From: Azolla caroliniana
Taxonomy: Eukaryota > Plantae > Polypodiophyta
DNA length: 64,000 nucleotides
Reading direction: 5' to 3'
NCBI GenBank assembly: GCA_043228905.1
Contig: JBHGNT010000002.1
Location: 4,960,001-5,024,000, forward strand
The notes beneath the pieces were generated by a model. That model saw only the letters and a program-made list of their open reading frames with translations. It did not search any database and was not told where the DNA came from. Shown piece after piece: positions 10,950 to 25,369 of the stretch. Each line of letters begins with the position of its first letter. The first letter of the stretch is position 1. A program made the position numbers and the translations under genes.

Positions 10950-11479
10950 ACGTTACTCGCTAACTTTGTCTGATCGGCTTTGTACTCTGCACCTTAAAAC
11001 ACAGAACTAAAAATAAATAACACAAACACAGTAAATACAGTAGACACGGTGTACTCCAAAGGTAATTTTCTATTAAGATTCTTACACACCCTTGTACAGT
11101 ACACCTGCCCCCTTTATATAGGAAAGCATGGAAGAGTTACATCAAGAAATACATTGCCACTCAACAAACCGTTACTAACTAACTTCCTACTATTTTACAT
11201 TTTCCTATTTTATATTTTTCGGCATATACTATTTTGGTTATTCATATTTCCGCTTCTGCTTCAGCTTTGTCTGGCTCCACACCTGCTTGACTATACTCAT
11301 TTCGGCGTTTCGTCCACCATTATACTCCTTTTTACACATCATTTGGCCTTCTGGGCCCTTTCACACTCTAAGTTGACCTCCTTGGGTAACACATGGAGAA
11401 AACAGAAGGAGATATTTCATCTCACTTCTATTGTGATACAAAGGCTAGTATAAGCATCTGATCAAGCAGACGTGACTGT

Positions 11480-13020
11480 CATATATGAAACAAGTAGAAC
11501 AATAAAGATCAACTATGTAACATAAAAGAAGGTATGGCATAATTCCACTTCAGACCAGAAGTTGTATCCAAAAATAAGTGAAATCCTTGCCATCGGTTCT
11601 TAAAGGCCACTTACCTTTGCCATAGAACATCACCCAAGCCCTACAACTCATCATACTGACCACATAGTGTGTGAACAAATAACATCCAAGAAGTCAATAA
11701 GCATTGTGTGTAGACATATGTGAACATTGTCAAAAATTGAATCACATTTCGCTTTCCAAAGCGCCAACGACGTAATAGTACAACGTAATAGTGTAAATTC
11801 TGAATCGACGAATAGAAGAAGGAAATGGGGTGAGATCGAGGTGTCCATGTGAAAACTGAAAGACGTGAGAAGCATCAAGAATAATATTGCACCCCAAGAG
11901 AAAAGTGAACGAGAATAATAATGTCATAGCAATAAAAACAACTTACTCCAAAATTGCTTGATCATGGGACATAACCAAAACACATGCAAAATAGATTCAG
12001 TAGGAGTACCACAATGCATTCCACAAGCATATTGCTGATTTTGCCTCAACCAATCATCAATAGGAAGAGCATAATGAATCAACAACCAACAAAAACAAAT
12101 AGCTTTTTTTAGTAACTGCATACTCCACAACCATTTCCAAAAAATTTCAAGTTGCAATTCATGTTGATCAGTAATTGTCATGAAATCAGGTAAGTTTGAC
12201 ATATGTTGAATTCCACCTAGATATCTTTTGACAACCTCATTGGTTGCTTGGAAATGGATGGGAATTGCATGGGTTTCTTGGAATCACCATGCAATTTTAA
12301 AGAGATTAAGGGTGCTCCATTATAGGATTTGGGAATGGATTTGATGTCCTATTGAGCTTAAAGACATGTATTTGCAATCACAACCATGAATACGTATTTT
12401 ACAATATTTCATTGAGGGTAAAGATTTAACATATGGGTGCACTAAATATTAAAGCACCATGATGATACATATTGAATGGAAGTAATCCACTTAAAATAAG
12501 TCGATGTTTATGTGTTCCATAGGTAATAGTGTCTTGGCAAGAACCACCACCATTTAGTTGAGAATAGTATACTTATTTATAAGGAAGATCAATAGAGTTC
12601 TCTCGTTTAATATATTATTGGGAGGATTAAGCTAAATTGTGACCTCATTTTAATCACTTGTTTTGGCAAGGGATATTGGAGGTTGGAAATGTGCTTTATG
12701 CAAGATATTAAAGATTATTGGCCTTCATTGAAGCCAAAATCTTACTATGCATTCCACCTAATTATGGGTTTATTTTGGAAATAGTTGTACCTAGAGTATA
12801 TCATTGTTTCAAGGTATGTTACCTACATAAGTGGAATTAGGACCAACCTTAGTTGGATTGAAGTTTGCATGGCATAAAAAAATTCTTGCAAGTGATTGCG
12901 AATAATTTGTACCATTGCCCTATAATCTTTGCAATAGTTATCAACAAAGGCCAGAAAAGAATGATTTGTAATCAATCCACATGAAGCTTCAAGTGGTCAA
13001 CCAAAGTTCAAAAGCTTTCG
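11480..13020 (-). pseudogene. Decayed LINE (L1-like) ORF2 C-terminal region
   Basis: Minus-strand remnants FWKWLWS...CFCWLLIHYALP...CGMHCGTPTESILHVFWLCPMIKQFW (zinc-binding zf-RVT-like) and LWKAKCDSIF; many stops; boundaries approximate. Confidence 0.7.
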
Positions 13021-13035
13021 GAACTAGGTTGTTTG

Positions 13036-13596
13036 TAACAATCGGCAATGGTTTGGTTTGAACCCAATTGAACCGCGAAACCGCAACGTAACAACTTAAC
13101 AATTTAAATGGTTTGGTTTGGTTTAGGTTCAAGCTTTTTTCAACTGTTCGGTTTCGGTTTCGGTTTAGTTTGGTTCCAATGGATCGAAACCGTGGTTTAA
13201 ACGGTTTAAATGATTCATACTACTACCACTTGATTATTATCTTAAATATTTTTCTGAACAACCTTTGAAAATTTTTGAGCCTAATTTTGACATGTTGGGA
13301 AAAAAATTTAAATTTTGAAATATTGAAAGATTTAAAATTTTAAAATTGAATACTGAAATTTAACCTAATTTAAAAATCTAAACCAAACCACGAAACCACG
13401 AATTTAATGGTTTAACGGTTTGAAAATCTCTAAACCCGTTTGGTTTGCGTGTGGATTTTTTAAGCAATTTTAGTTTAAATGGTTTCGTGGTTTGCTTTAG
13501 TTTAGTTTAAGTTTCCATTCTTTTTAATGGTTCGGTTTTAAGCGGTAGAACCGAGTTTGATACACTCAAACCGAACTGAACCGTTGCCGATTATTA
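13036..13596. mobile_element. hAT-type MITE
   Basis: TIRs TAACAATCGGCAATGG / CCGTTGCCGATTATTA; 8-bp TSD GTTGTTTG / GATGTTTG; AAACCG subterminal repeats. Confidence 0.9.
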
Positions 13597-15433
13597 GATG
13601 TTTGAGGAGCACAACCCCTTATATTTATTATTTATTTCAACCTCTCTTGTTGTAACACCTATTGTATTTGTCAATAGCAATGTACATAGCAATGGAATTA
13701 ATTGAAATCACCTTTACATCAAGAATATTTCACTCCATAACAATCTTTAATGATATCATCAACTGGCATTTATTCCACTGTCGTGATGTGGGAAGCTCAC
13801 ATGAGGAAGTGAATTAGGTGCGCTTATTTATATGGAAGTTTGAAGTTTAGGAAAAGTATGACAAGAAGGACATGGACAAGATGAAGTCAATGACAATTTA
13901 AGCCATAACACAATTGGCAAGAGATTACACTAAGAACGAAAGCTCAAGGTTTGAGTCTTGTTGAGAGATCAAGCTCAACTTAGTTTAGGTAGTTAGTCAA
14001 CCATGTAACTTCATAGTTACCTAGATAGAATCTAGTTAGAAGTGTTGACTATAACACCTTAAATAGGACCTTGTACTTAAGCGAGATATTCTAGATCCTC
14101 TACTCCTAAGTACATTTAATATAGGACTTACACTTTTGTACCTATATTATCCTCACACATGTGCACCCTTGCACATGAGATCTATATATAACTCATGTAG
14201 GTATTTTTGTATTTGATGATGATAATGCTAATTTAATATAGTTACTCATCCCCCATCTTGTGTTGTTCATAAGTGTATCTTCCTCCCACACACATACACA
14301 CACATATCACTTAATCTTTTGCTTATCAACTAATCACATAATTAGGTACTAACTAACCCTTGCTTAATTACTTAACTAATTCTTAACATGGTATTAGAGC
14401 ACGTGGTTTAGAAAATCCAGTAAGCCCACCCAACTCCGTGATTGTGTGTTCGAGACGCTGACGATAAAATCCGGCTATCGGCAACCGTAGTGCCGCTACG
14501 TAGCACGTGTATGTGATCGAAAGAAGAAAAACAAAAGAAGAGAAGACACTACAATCAACGTGAACACACAAATGGGTAGCTCGCTCCCTAGTGAAAAGCT
14601 AGAATGGAGTAATTATTCATCTTGGGAGTACAAGATGACCCAATACCTTGTCGGCCAAGGGTATTTGAGCTACATCAACGACGCTTAAGAAAATCGACCC
14701 GACCCAAAAATACGCCGACTACTCAACATGGGTGCAAGTGGCGAGTCAAGTCATGTATTGCTTGGCAACATGTGTCCATGACCACATGCTTAGCCACATA
14801 TGAGATGCCAAGACGCCTAAAGAAGCAAGAAGTGTGGGCAAATTTAAAGAAAATTTTCGCCGCCAACACGACCGCCTGAAAGCTTCAACTCCAACAAGAG
14901 TTGAACAACATCCGGTAAGAAGATATGTCAGTGTCAGACTACACCGCCAAGATCAAGAGCATTTGCGACTCGCTTGGCTCCATCAAAATAAACGTCGACG
15001 AAGAGGAGATGGTTCAAGTATGCTTGGGCGGCCTTGCACAACGATTCAACTCGTTGAGGACGACGATCTTGGTATGGGAAAATCCTCCTTCGTTCTTCGA
15101 CCTTCAATCAATGCTAATGGTTGAAGAGAACCACGTCCAAACCAAGACGAAGACGTTGGAAGGACAAATGTTCTTCTCAAGTTCGTATGGTGGGCGAGGA
15201 CAAGGTCACGGCGGTAGAAGAGGCCAATTCGGCCCATCACACGAAGGGAACTCAAACCTTCATGGAAGCCATCAAGGCACCTTCGGAAGAAGGGGGAGCT
15301 TTCATGCCGAACAAGGTTAGCAAACGAGGCCCGCAACTTACAACTATTGTGGAAAAATCGGCCACTGCGACGAGTGCCGAAAAAGAAGAAACGAGTTGGC
15401 TTTGACAAGTTGACAACTCACGAATTACGCCGT

Positions 15434-18400
15434 TGTCGTGAAGAAAACCGTCCCCAGGCGCAAACCGTGTATAGCGTATGCGAACCGGCCCTTACACGTG
15501 GGCACGCCCCTTGTTGTATGGTAGATAGGTAGGTACAAAAGTCAAATCCTAGGTAGCAATATTCTATAGGGAGAATCGAGGAGTATCTCTGTCCGAAAGG
15601 ACAAAGAATTAATGTGATGTAAATGAGTGAAACGGCCTCCCTCCTTGAGCTATAAAAGAGAGGGAGACGGGGAGAGGGGGTATTGCGCGCGAGAAGGGAC
15701 GAAGTGCTGTCGGACTGGGACCGAGCCCTTCTCTGTCATTCTCCATAGCTTTCCTTTGCGCAGGTTCTCGAGAGGCGTATAGCCGGATTCCCTTGAGTGG
15801 TGATGCCGAGCATCCATACAGAGGTGCTCGAGGTACGGGCCGAGAGCCGGACCTGGGAGGAGTTCAAAGGTCGTCTCCTCGAAAAATACGAGCTTGAAGA
15901 TGCGCTTCGACTTTCGACGCGGGACTTCATGGAGTGGGTGGAGACCCCCGACAAAGGAAGGAACATGTCGGTGCTCCTTCGGGAGTTTGAGGAACGCTTC
16001 GCGCGCCTCTCAGTGCTTGACCAGACCATTCTGGACACAAGTCGTGTCCTATTGTTTGTTAAGTCAGTTGACGAGCGGGATCAGGAGTAAGTAGGCCTCC
16101 TATTGGAGACTGATGACGGGCTGACGGCCGACTGGGCCGTGGTGAAGAGGGTCTGTGGCCATTTCGACAAACGCCGGGAATGTGTTGTCAAAGGATCGAC
16201 AGGGGCGGGCTTTGTCGCAGCAAGGAAGCTCGAGCCAACACCACCAACGCGAAGGGAAGAGACCCGAGATTGGCTCGAGACCGGATCGGCTTCGACCGGC
16301 ATGGTCAAGGGCTCGACCGGGGGAGCAACTCTGGAGGAACTGACGCGGATGGTAAAGGATCTCCAGATCACCCAGGCACAGAGGGATGGTGGTGAACAGG
16401 CCCGTGACCGATGACCTCTGGCTGAAAACAGGTGCTTGTGGTGTGACGCGGTTGGCCACATCCGGAAGGACTACGGGGACTTCGCCGAGGCGATGAGGAG
16501 CAACGTGGTGTACCTGTGGAACGGTCGGGTGCACGCCAGCGAGACCCGAAGGGCCCTGAACCTGAACGTTGGACGAGGGGGTATGAAAAGGCTGATGGAG
16601 GAGGCGGCGGCGGCTCGTCATGCGGAGACCGTCCACTACTCGGCGTTAGCTGGTATTCGGGTCGGAGGTGGTGAGGCCCCGAAGACGAACAAAGCCGGGT
16701 TCTGGCCGACGATGCTAGAAGGCCTCGCCGGCGCACGACTAAGGAAAGAAGAGGCGGACCGCGCAGAAAAACGGGTTTGGGAGGTAACCGGGTGGAAGAA
16801 AAGACGGGCTTCGTTGAAGCCGCTTGTCAAAACTACGAGGCTCTGGTGGAGGACAAGCGGGTAGGGAAAACCGGAGGGACCGGGCCCTCGCAACGATATG
16901 AAACCCGATTCGAGCAAAGGAGGAATGAGGCCGGTGTAACCAGCGCCCAGGATAATCCCAAGAAGGGCGGGTACCGGCTGGGCACAAAAATCGAAAGATC
17001 CACGGACCTGCGAAAGGTCCTGGAAGAGCGAATCCTCGACAGCAAGGTGGAACTGTTGCTGAGGGAAGTGCTCGGGATCGCCAAGAAGGAGTTCCACGAT
17101 TCCATCGCAGACTTGGTGAAGAGGAAGAGGCTGTCGACGGAGATAGAACCGGAGAAGCTGGTGGAGGTGCGGACGATGCACATGGAGGACATGGCGCTGG
17201 AAGACGAGTTGGCAGAGAGCCACTATTCGAGGCCGCACTGGGCCAGAGCGACCACGGAGACCCTCGTGAAGATTGAAGATGTTCATGAACCGGTGGTGGC
17301 GTTGGTGGACCACGGTTTAGAAATCAATTTGATGTCCATGGACTTGTACAAGAAGGGGAAATGGCTGATCAACACCAAGCACGGGTGGAAAATACGGGCA
17401 GTGACGCGTGCCACCGAAGAACTGCATGGAACCTACCCGAATGTACGAGTAAAGATCGGCGATGTCGAGATTGACCAACACTTCTTCGTGTAGGAGACGT
17501 CCTCACATCCGGTTATACTAGGAGAACCGTACATCACGGCAGCACGAATGGAGACCAAGGTGCTGGACAACGGCTCGGCCTATGCAAGGGTCAAGAGCCA
17601 GGATGGGCGCCACTCGGTCCAGTTCCTGACGGTGAGACCGAACCATGAGCGGAACCGCGAGACCCTTGGGGGCGAAAGCCGAGAGGATTTTTAGAGAGGG
17701 CTATCAAGGCGTGGGGCCGCGATAGTCCGGACACTCCGGGAAAACCCCACACGTGTACGATAGCGAAGAAGACCTATACTATAAGTAGGAAATTTTGGTT
17801 CTCCGACAACGGAGGGTGTACGATAGTCGACGTTGTTGGCCGGAAGAAGAAAAGGGCGGAGGAGCGACTTCGGGCATGTGGTATCCTCGGCCTTGGAGAG
17901 GAAATCAACGGAGCCGTGGAGGCGGTCTCTTTCGATGATACCTTGGGGGAGCTGCGAGAGGTAGTCGGAGGGGTCCTTAAAGAGGACCGGACGATTCCGG
18001 TATGTTCGGAAAGGATGTACGAAGTCATCGCGGACTTTAGTAGAGGGCTCGAGTCGGATCGGACGGCCCGGGTGGACACGAGGTACAAGACTGTGGGCCG
18101 GAAGGTGAGGCCAGTCGCGGCTCCCTTGCCGATGGGCAGCGAGTTGCGAATAAAAGGGGTTGCGTCGGACCCGAGTTTACGAAATCCGGCCCGCAAAGGA
18201 CAGACGTTCACCGACATAACGCTACGCGAGCTCAAAATCGGTGGGGGCGGCTTCCTACTGCCGGCGAAGGAGGACTGGTTTCGAAGAATGCTCGGGAGGC
18301 ACGGGAAGGCTTTCGCATTCTCACCGGAGGAGATCGGGTGCGTAGACCTGACAGTTGTCGAACCGATGGTGATCTTCATGGTACTGCATGTACCGTGGAA

Positions 18401-21400
18401 TCTCAAGCCGATTCCGGTGCCAAGAGCTCACATCCTGAAGTTGATGGAGCTCCTAACGCAAAAGGTGGAGATGGGCATCCTCAAACCGTCGAGTGCCCCA
18501 TACTCGAATCGGTGGTTTACCGTGCCGAAGAAGGACGGCACGCTGCGCTTTATTCAAGACCTGCAGCCGGTCAACAAGGTGACGATTCGAAACGCAGGAA
18601 TCGGACTGACAATAGACGAGTTCGCGGAGGCCTTCGCCGAAAGGTCGATTTACTCGGTCGGTGATCTCTACTCGGGGTACGATCAGTTCCACCTAGCCAT
18701 AGAGAGCAGGGACATCACGTCAATGCGAACTCCTCTCGGCCTAGTACGGATGTGTACCCTACCGCAAGGAGGGACGAACTCGGTGGCTCACATGGTGAAC
18801 GCAATGAACAAGGTGCTGAGGGATTGTATTCCGGACATCATCATGCCGTTTTTGGACGACGTCCCGATCAAGGGATGCCCGATGGAGGAAAGGGGCGAGA
18901 CGATCAGACCGGACGGGTGCCGGAAATTCGTGGCGACGCACATCGATGATTGCGAAAGGGTGCTGCAAAGGTTAGAGGGCGCGAGGCTCACCTTCTCCGG
19001 GGGAAAATCGGCCTTCGGGCAATCAGAGATCATGGTCGTTGGACACCTATGCGGGTTGTACGGCCGGAAATCGTCTCCGACTAAGGTAGAAGCCATCTCC
19101 GCGATGAAGCACGACTGTAGCTCGATCACGGAGGTTCGGAGGTTCTTAGGAGCATGCACGTTCTACCACGTATGGATCCCGCATTACGCCCACGTCGCGG
19201 AGCCGTTATACGGGTTGCTAAAAAAGGGGCGAAAATTCGAGTGGAGAGACGAGCATACGGAGTCTGTCCGGAAGATGAAGGAAGCACTTGCCGCGGGTCC
19301 GGCGCTCCGAAAGGTTGTTTATGGAAAGAGCATTCCAATTTACGTAACGGTAGACACGAGTCCGACTGGGATAGGATGGGTCGTCAACCAAGAGGACGAG
19401 GATGACATGCGTTTCCCGATCCGGTTCGGCGCGAAGGTCCTCAACGAGCGACAACGAGGATACGCCCAGGTTAAACGCGAGCTCTGGGGTATCGTTTCAG
19501 CGATAAAGGCCGATAAAGACTACCTGATCGGGACATAGGTAATTATCGAGACGGACTGCCTGCCGATTCTTGGCATGGTTTCCGGATGCGCAACGCCGGA
19601 CCTGGCAATGCTCAGGTGGATAGCGTACATCAAGTCCCTGAATCCGGAAATACGACACATTTCCGGGAAAGACAATGCCATGGCCGACATGCTTTGAAGG
19701 GCGAGGTTCGAAAACGAGGGCGGCATGGTTTCAGAGGACGAGGAAGTCGACGTGGACTTCTTCGAGCTGGCTTACGTAACAACTGACAGGGAATGCTCTC
19801 CAACGCTTAACGATTTCGACGAGAGCAAGTACAATGGGGAGTGGCTGCAGATCGGCGGGTTCCTGAAAACAATGATACCGGACGCGGCATGGACAAGGGA
19901 TGAGGCCAACCGGATTCGGAAGAAAGCATACCGATTCTTCCTCCAGGACGGGTACATATGGAAGCACTCGAAGAAGAGGAACAACATCCTGCTCCTAGTG
20001 GTGGCGAAGAAGGAGGAACAGGAGGATTTGCTGGCGGCGTACCACGATAGTCATTGGGCTGGACACCGTGGAACGTGGGCCACGTTTGAAAAGCTAAAGG
20101 GGAAGTACTGGTGGCCGGGACTATACCGGGACGTGCATCGGTTCGTGACGACTTGCGAAAGCTGTCAGGTGCACTCCATGATCCGACACAGGGATGAGCT
20201 TCACCCGACCTACCCTCCGACCATCCACTTCAAGTGGATGGTGGATTTGGTGACGATGCCAATGGGGGTAGGATAGATGCGGTATCTGGTGCTGGCTCGG
20301 GAGGATCTAATGAACCAGGTTGAAGGCCGAGCCCTGCAGAACAAGACGACTGCAGCCGTGTGCCGGTTTTTGATTGAGGACGTGATATGTCGATATAGGT
20401 GCGTAGGGAAGATCGTGGCTGACCGTGGTGAGTTGGACGTAGAAGAGGCCGAAGAGCTGTTCGACTGGCTAGGAGTCAAACTTTCGCTCACCACAGCGTA
20501 CAATCCGGAGGCGAACGGGAAGGTTGAGCGCTAGTACGGGCGTGCAGAGGCCAAGTCGGGAACTGGCCACGACTGCTACCTTATGCCTTGTGGGCGGATC
20601 GGACTACGCACAGTTCGGTAACCGGGTTCATGCCGGCAGAGCTTATGTTCGGACAGAAGCCGATCATGCCAACAGAGCGAACGATCTCCTCGTGGGCCAC
20701 GGTGGACTGGAGGGATGAGATGAGCCGGGAGGAACTATTGGTGGCGTGGATTCGACAGCTCGAGCGGGGGCCGGAGGACGTAGAGCGAGCCGCGGAGAAA
20801 CTTCGGGTAGCGAGGATAAGGAACAAAGCCAGGTTTGACCGAACACACCGGCTCCGGCCAAGGAAGATTGAGGAAGGTGACTGGGTGCTAGTCTACGACA
20901 GCAACCTCGACAATCAGCACAGGGCCACGCGGAAGTTTGCGAGGAGGTGGTTCGGGCCTTACGTAGTAACAGGCGCCAACGACAATGGGATGTACCATCT
21001 CGCAGAGCTCGACGGTACGAGAATGGCGATACCGGTAGCGGGGAAGAGGATCAAAGCGTTCAAGAAACGACACGACGGTGAGCCAGAGCTAGGGGGCATG
21101 GACAACAACGACGAGCAGCCCGAGGCGGAGGATGAACCGGTAAACGAGGAATAAAAGCAAGGATCGGTTTTCTCCCATAGGAACCCAATTTTGGCGCATA
21201 CTGGTGGATGCGCGGTTAGGTGGGGGCGGATGTCGTGAAGAAAACCGTCCCCAGGCCCTTACACGTGGGCACGCCCCTTGTTGTATGGTAGATAGGTAGG
21301 TACAAAAGTCAAATCCTAGGTAGCAATATTCTATAGGGAGAATCGAGGAGTATCTCTGTCCGAAAGGACAGAGAATTAATGTGATGTAAATGAGTGAAAC

Positions 21401-21798
21401 GGCCTCCCTCCTTGAACTATAAAAGAGAGGGAGACGGGGAGAGAGGGTATTGCGCGCGAGAAGGGACGAAGTGCTGTCGGACTGGGACCAAGCCCCCAAG
21501 CCCTTCTCTGTCATTCTCCATAGCTTTCCTTTGCGCAGGTTCTCGAGAGGCTGATTCAGCTATGTGGAACGCCCGTGTGCTTCCGGCTGAATCTCCATCT
21601 TTCTCCCCTGCGCGCGTGGGTGATCAGGCGTCGGTATCCGTCTAGCCGACCTGATCGGTTGTAACCGTTCGCGTCGTCTGCATACATATATTTATATACA
21701 TACACTGGTGTTCTTATACTCTATTCCCCGTTCAACTCGTGTCTCCTGTGTTGTTGGGGCGTGTTCCCGTGCGCTTCTCTGTCTATACGTGTGTGAGC

Positions 21799-21836
<38 letters not shown>

Positions 21837-21911
21837 TTTCTCACCTATTCCTCGGTCCAAGACCCCAGTGGTCCCGCCTTTTTCTCCACGCACGCGCGTA
21901 GCAACGCGACA
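15434..21911 (+). mobile_element. Gypsy-A: non-chromovirus Ty3/gypsy element, degenerate
   Basis: 5' LTR 15434-15776 (truncated by deletion), 3' LTR 21231-21911; 4-bp TSD CCGT; PPT AGGTGGGGGCGGA; order gag, PR (LVDHG), RT (FLDD), RH, IN (GPY); no chromodomain; several stops. Confidence 0.95.
17685..17750 (+). promoter_or_regulatory. Putative -1 ribosomal frameshift signal (Gypsy-A)
   Basis: G GAT TTT TAG; 6-nt spacer; stem GGGCTATC/GATAGTCC; loop GTGGGG pairs with downstream CCCCAC. Confidence 0.75.
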
Positions 21912-22198
21912 CCGTCAACTCCGAATACGATGATTACGGCGGACTATTCGTAATGAGGCATAGAGCGAACTCTATGTCGGCCTCCAACTCCGCAAGCGCC
22001 TCCAACTCGGAAGACGTGTGGTTCGTCGATTTCGGTGCCTCACAGCACATGACATCTCACGAAGAGTGGTTTTGTGATTTACGAATGCCGGATCGACCCG
22101 GCTTCATAGAGACGGGAGATGACACCACACATCCCATTCGGCACATCGGTAGTGTCCCATTCGGGAAAGAAGGCTAGCAAACTTGCACCAAGAATGTC

Positions 22199-23449
22199 TT
22201 GCATGTGCCCACAATAACGAAGAATTTGGTCTCCGTCGGCCAAATCGTGGAGCAAGGCATGCAAGTCCGCTTCAACAACGAAGGATGCTTCATTGAGAAA
22301 GATGGCCGACTCATAGCTAAGGGGCGGAGAGATGGTCGAATGTTCATCCTCGATTCGAACAAGGTAAAATTGGCAATGTACGCCAAAGGTCTCAAAACCG
22401 AGATAAGCATCGAGTTGTGGCACAAGCGAATTGGCCACATAAGCCTCCAACGGCTCCGAGCTATGCAATCAAAGGCAGTCATCATCGGACTTTTGTCATT
22501 TGAGTCAAAACGAGTGGACCGAGTATGCGAAGCGTGTCAACTCGGCAAACAACATCGACTCCCATTCCCGAAAGAGAGCCACGTGAGCAAAGGCCTCCTC
22601 GACATCATACACTCGGATGTATGGGGACCGGTTCAAATGCCGACGATCGGTGGATGCCGATTCTATGTCACCTTCATCAACGACGACTCGCGCCATGTGT
22701 GGATCTTCCCGATGAAGAAGAAGAGCGAAGTGTTCGCCCACTTCCAAAAGCTCAAGGGCCAAGTCGAAAAAGAAACTGGTTGGCACATTCGATGCCTACG
22801 ATCGGATGGGGGCAAGGAGTGCTTCTTCGATGAATTCACCTCCTACCTCCAAAGTGAAGGCATTCGGAGAGAATTCTCGTGCCGACACACACCTCAACAA
22901 AATGGAGTAGCCGAAAGGATGAATCGGCAAATACTCGAGGTAGCATGCGCCATGTTACATGAGAAGCACATACCGAACTTATATTGGGCCGACGCGGCAT
23001 CCACGGCCATCTATCTCATGAACCGGTGCACCACTAATGGAGTGCATGAGCTAACTCCATACGAGCTCCTCCTTGGAAGGAAGCTGATACTGTCGCACCT
23101 CAAGGTGTTCGGAAGCATTGCGAATATACGCATCCCGAACGAAAATCGACAGAAGCTCGACGCGAAGTCGAAGGAATGTATCCTCATAGCATACTCGTCC
23201 GAGAAGAAGGCATACAAGTGCTACAACCCTTCTACCCGAGCGGTTTGGGTAATTCGAGACGTAGTCTTCGACGAGTCCGCATCCTGGTACGCACCAGAGA
23301 CAACATCGACTCCGACTCCGCTCGACCCAAAATCCACCAAACTAGAGGTAGAAGATGGAGATCGCTTCGAACACATGTTCGAAGAAAGTCCGATTACGGC
23401 AAGGCCTAGTGGGCCACAAGAGCTCCCATGCGACCCAAGCACGTCGTGA
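22199..23449 (+). pseudogene. Copia-1 GAG-pre-integrase and integrase remnant
   Basis: LWHKRIGH, CEACQLGK, DDE core; flanked by premature stops. Confidence 0.9.
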
Positions 23450-25369
23450 CCAAGTACGAACTTGGACAAAGGCAAAGGTAAGATGCACGAATACGAAGTC
23501 GATCACCCTAACGACAGTGATTTGGATGTGTCGGCTCCCTCACTAGACAGTGAGTTCGGTGTACCCATCATGCGGACACCCGGAGCAATGAAGGCACTCA
23601 CATCGGCAAGCGAAAAGCTTCCACGCTCATCTAGAGCTAAGAACCTCGTCACTCGGCTCGGCTACAACGAGTATATGGTCCATCACTATGCCTTCGCGAT
23701 GAAGGTAGCGACCGAACAAGAGCCCAAGAGCTCCACCGAAGCGGCTCGTAACCCACGATGGGTGGAAGTAGTCGACCTTCGCCCACACACTACAAGCCTT
23801 CATCACTGGCTTGAGGGGGAGGAACCGAGATTGCTACGGTGAAGAAAGACGAAGGCCGGATGGAAGCACATGAAGCCGACGAAAGGCAAAGCGGATGTCG
23901 GACGCCTCACACTTGAGCTTGAGGGGGCGTGTTGAGAGATCAAGCTCAACTTAGTTTAGTTAGTTAGTCAACTATGTAACTTCGTAGTTACCTAGATAGA
24001 ATCTAGTTAGAAGTGTTGACTATAACGCCTTAAATAGGACCTTGTACTTAAGTGAGATATTCTAGATCCTCTACTCCTAAGTACATTTAATATAGGACTT
24101 ACACTTTTGTACCTATATTATCCTCACACATGTGCACCCTTGCACATGAGATCTATATATACCTCATGTCAGTATTTTTGTATTTGATGACGATAATGCT
24201 AATTTAATATAGTTACTCATCCCCTATCTTGTGTTGTTCATAAGTGTATCTTCCTCTCTCTCTTCCTCTCACACACATACATACACATATCACTTAATCT
24301 TTTGCTTATCAACTAATCACATAATTAGGTACTAATTAACCCTTGCTTAATTGCTTACCTAATTCTTAACAAGTCTTCACTAAGCTACAAAAGATCATGT
24401 GGATATCATGGGACAAATGAGAGGAATGCCAATTAATGAACATAAAGATTGACATTTTGCTCACACCTGTCACTCAGAGAAGATAAGTAAGGTGCATGGA
24501 AAAGGGAGAAAGCGAGGTGGATGCCTCAAAACAAAATATTATTTATATTTGTATGAGGAGCTACAAAGGCCTATAAAATGGAGAATTGAGCTCATTGTCA
24601 AAAGAAAAGAAATTGGTACAAGGTGGAAGCAAACCAAATGATTGCGGGAGCTCAAGAGGGCATTCAAGACCACCGACAACAAAAGACAATGAAGCCATTT
24701 CGGTTATCCATTGAACCAAAACTCAAGGATCTCTTCTTCAAGCTATACCTTCTCTTATAATATCTTTATCTTCAGGATTTATTTGTCATCAAACCACTCC
24801 ATGTAATGGAATCGATTTATAACTCATTGTATTTGTTTCTAATTAGTGAACCTTCATTGTATTACATGAACTACTATTCATAATCGAATAAGAACCATGT
24901 CAGAATTTTCAACTTGAGTTTCTAACCACAAGATGTAGTTTTGTGATTTTGAAGCATGATCAAAGAAAAGATGTATCTTTGAAACATCGCACTAAAAAGC
25001 TCACTACACCGATACCAAGATTTCACCTAGAGGGTCACAATGAAAGTTTTGGATCTCAATTCCAACCATTGCACAAACAACTATGATTTTATGTGTAAAT
25101 TTTGGACAGCTGTAGTTGAACCCGCTATGTTGATCAAAGCCAATGTCCCATCCACTAGACAATGCCAGACATGGAGGAAAAAAAAATGCAATTCTTCAAT
25201 ATCCCCCCCTTCGATAATTATTCATAGGAGTATACATTGATATAATTAAAAATACATGCACATTTTCTTACCTGCACTTGAGCATGAGAATCCACACACG
25301 CACACATAGAGACACACACTAATAATCACGGATACTCAAATTAGATATACATACAATGCGAAACACACA

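Larger units (their letters stand above)
13959..24371 (+). mobile_element. Copia-1: Ty1/copia LTR retrotransposon lacking RT-RNase H, interrupted by Gypsy-A
   Basis: LTRs 13959-14388 and 23930-24371 (TG...CA); TSD AGTCT; PBS TGGTATTAGAGC 14389-14400; PPT TTGAGGGGGCG; gag from 14572, protease WFVDFGASQHMT, integrase HSDVWGP...RSDGGKE...PQQNGVAER. Confidence 0.95.
13779..25008 (+). mobile_element. Old solo-LTR-like sequence split by Copia-1 (13779-13958 and 24372-~25008)
   Basis: Starts TGTCGTGA; candidate end TCACTACA at 25001-25008; TATA ctataaaa at ~24572; TSD not clean. Confidence 0.4.
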
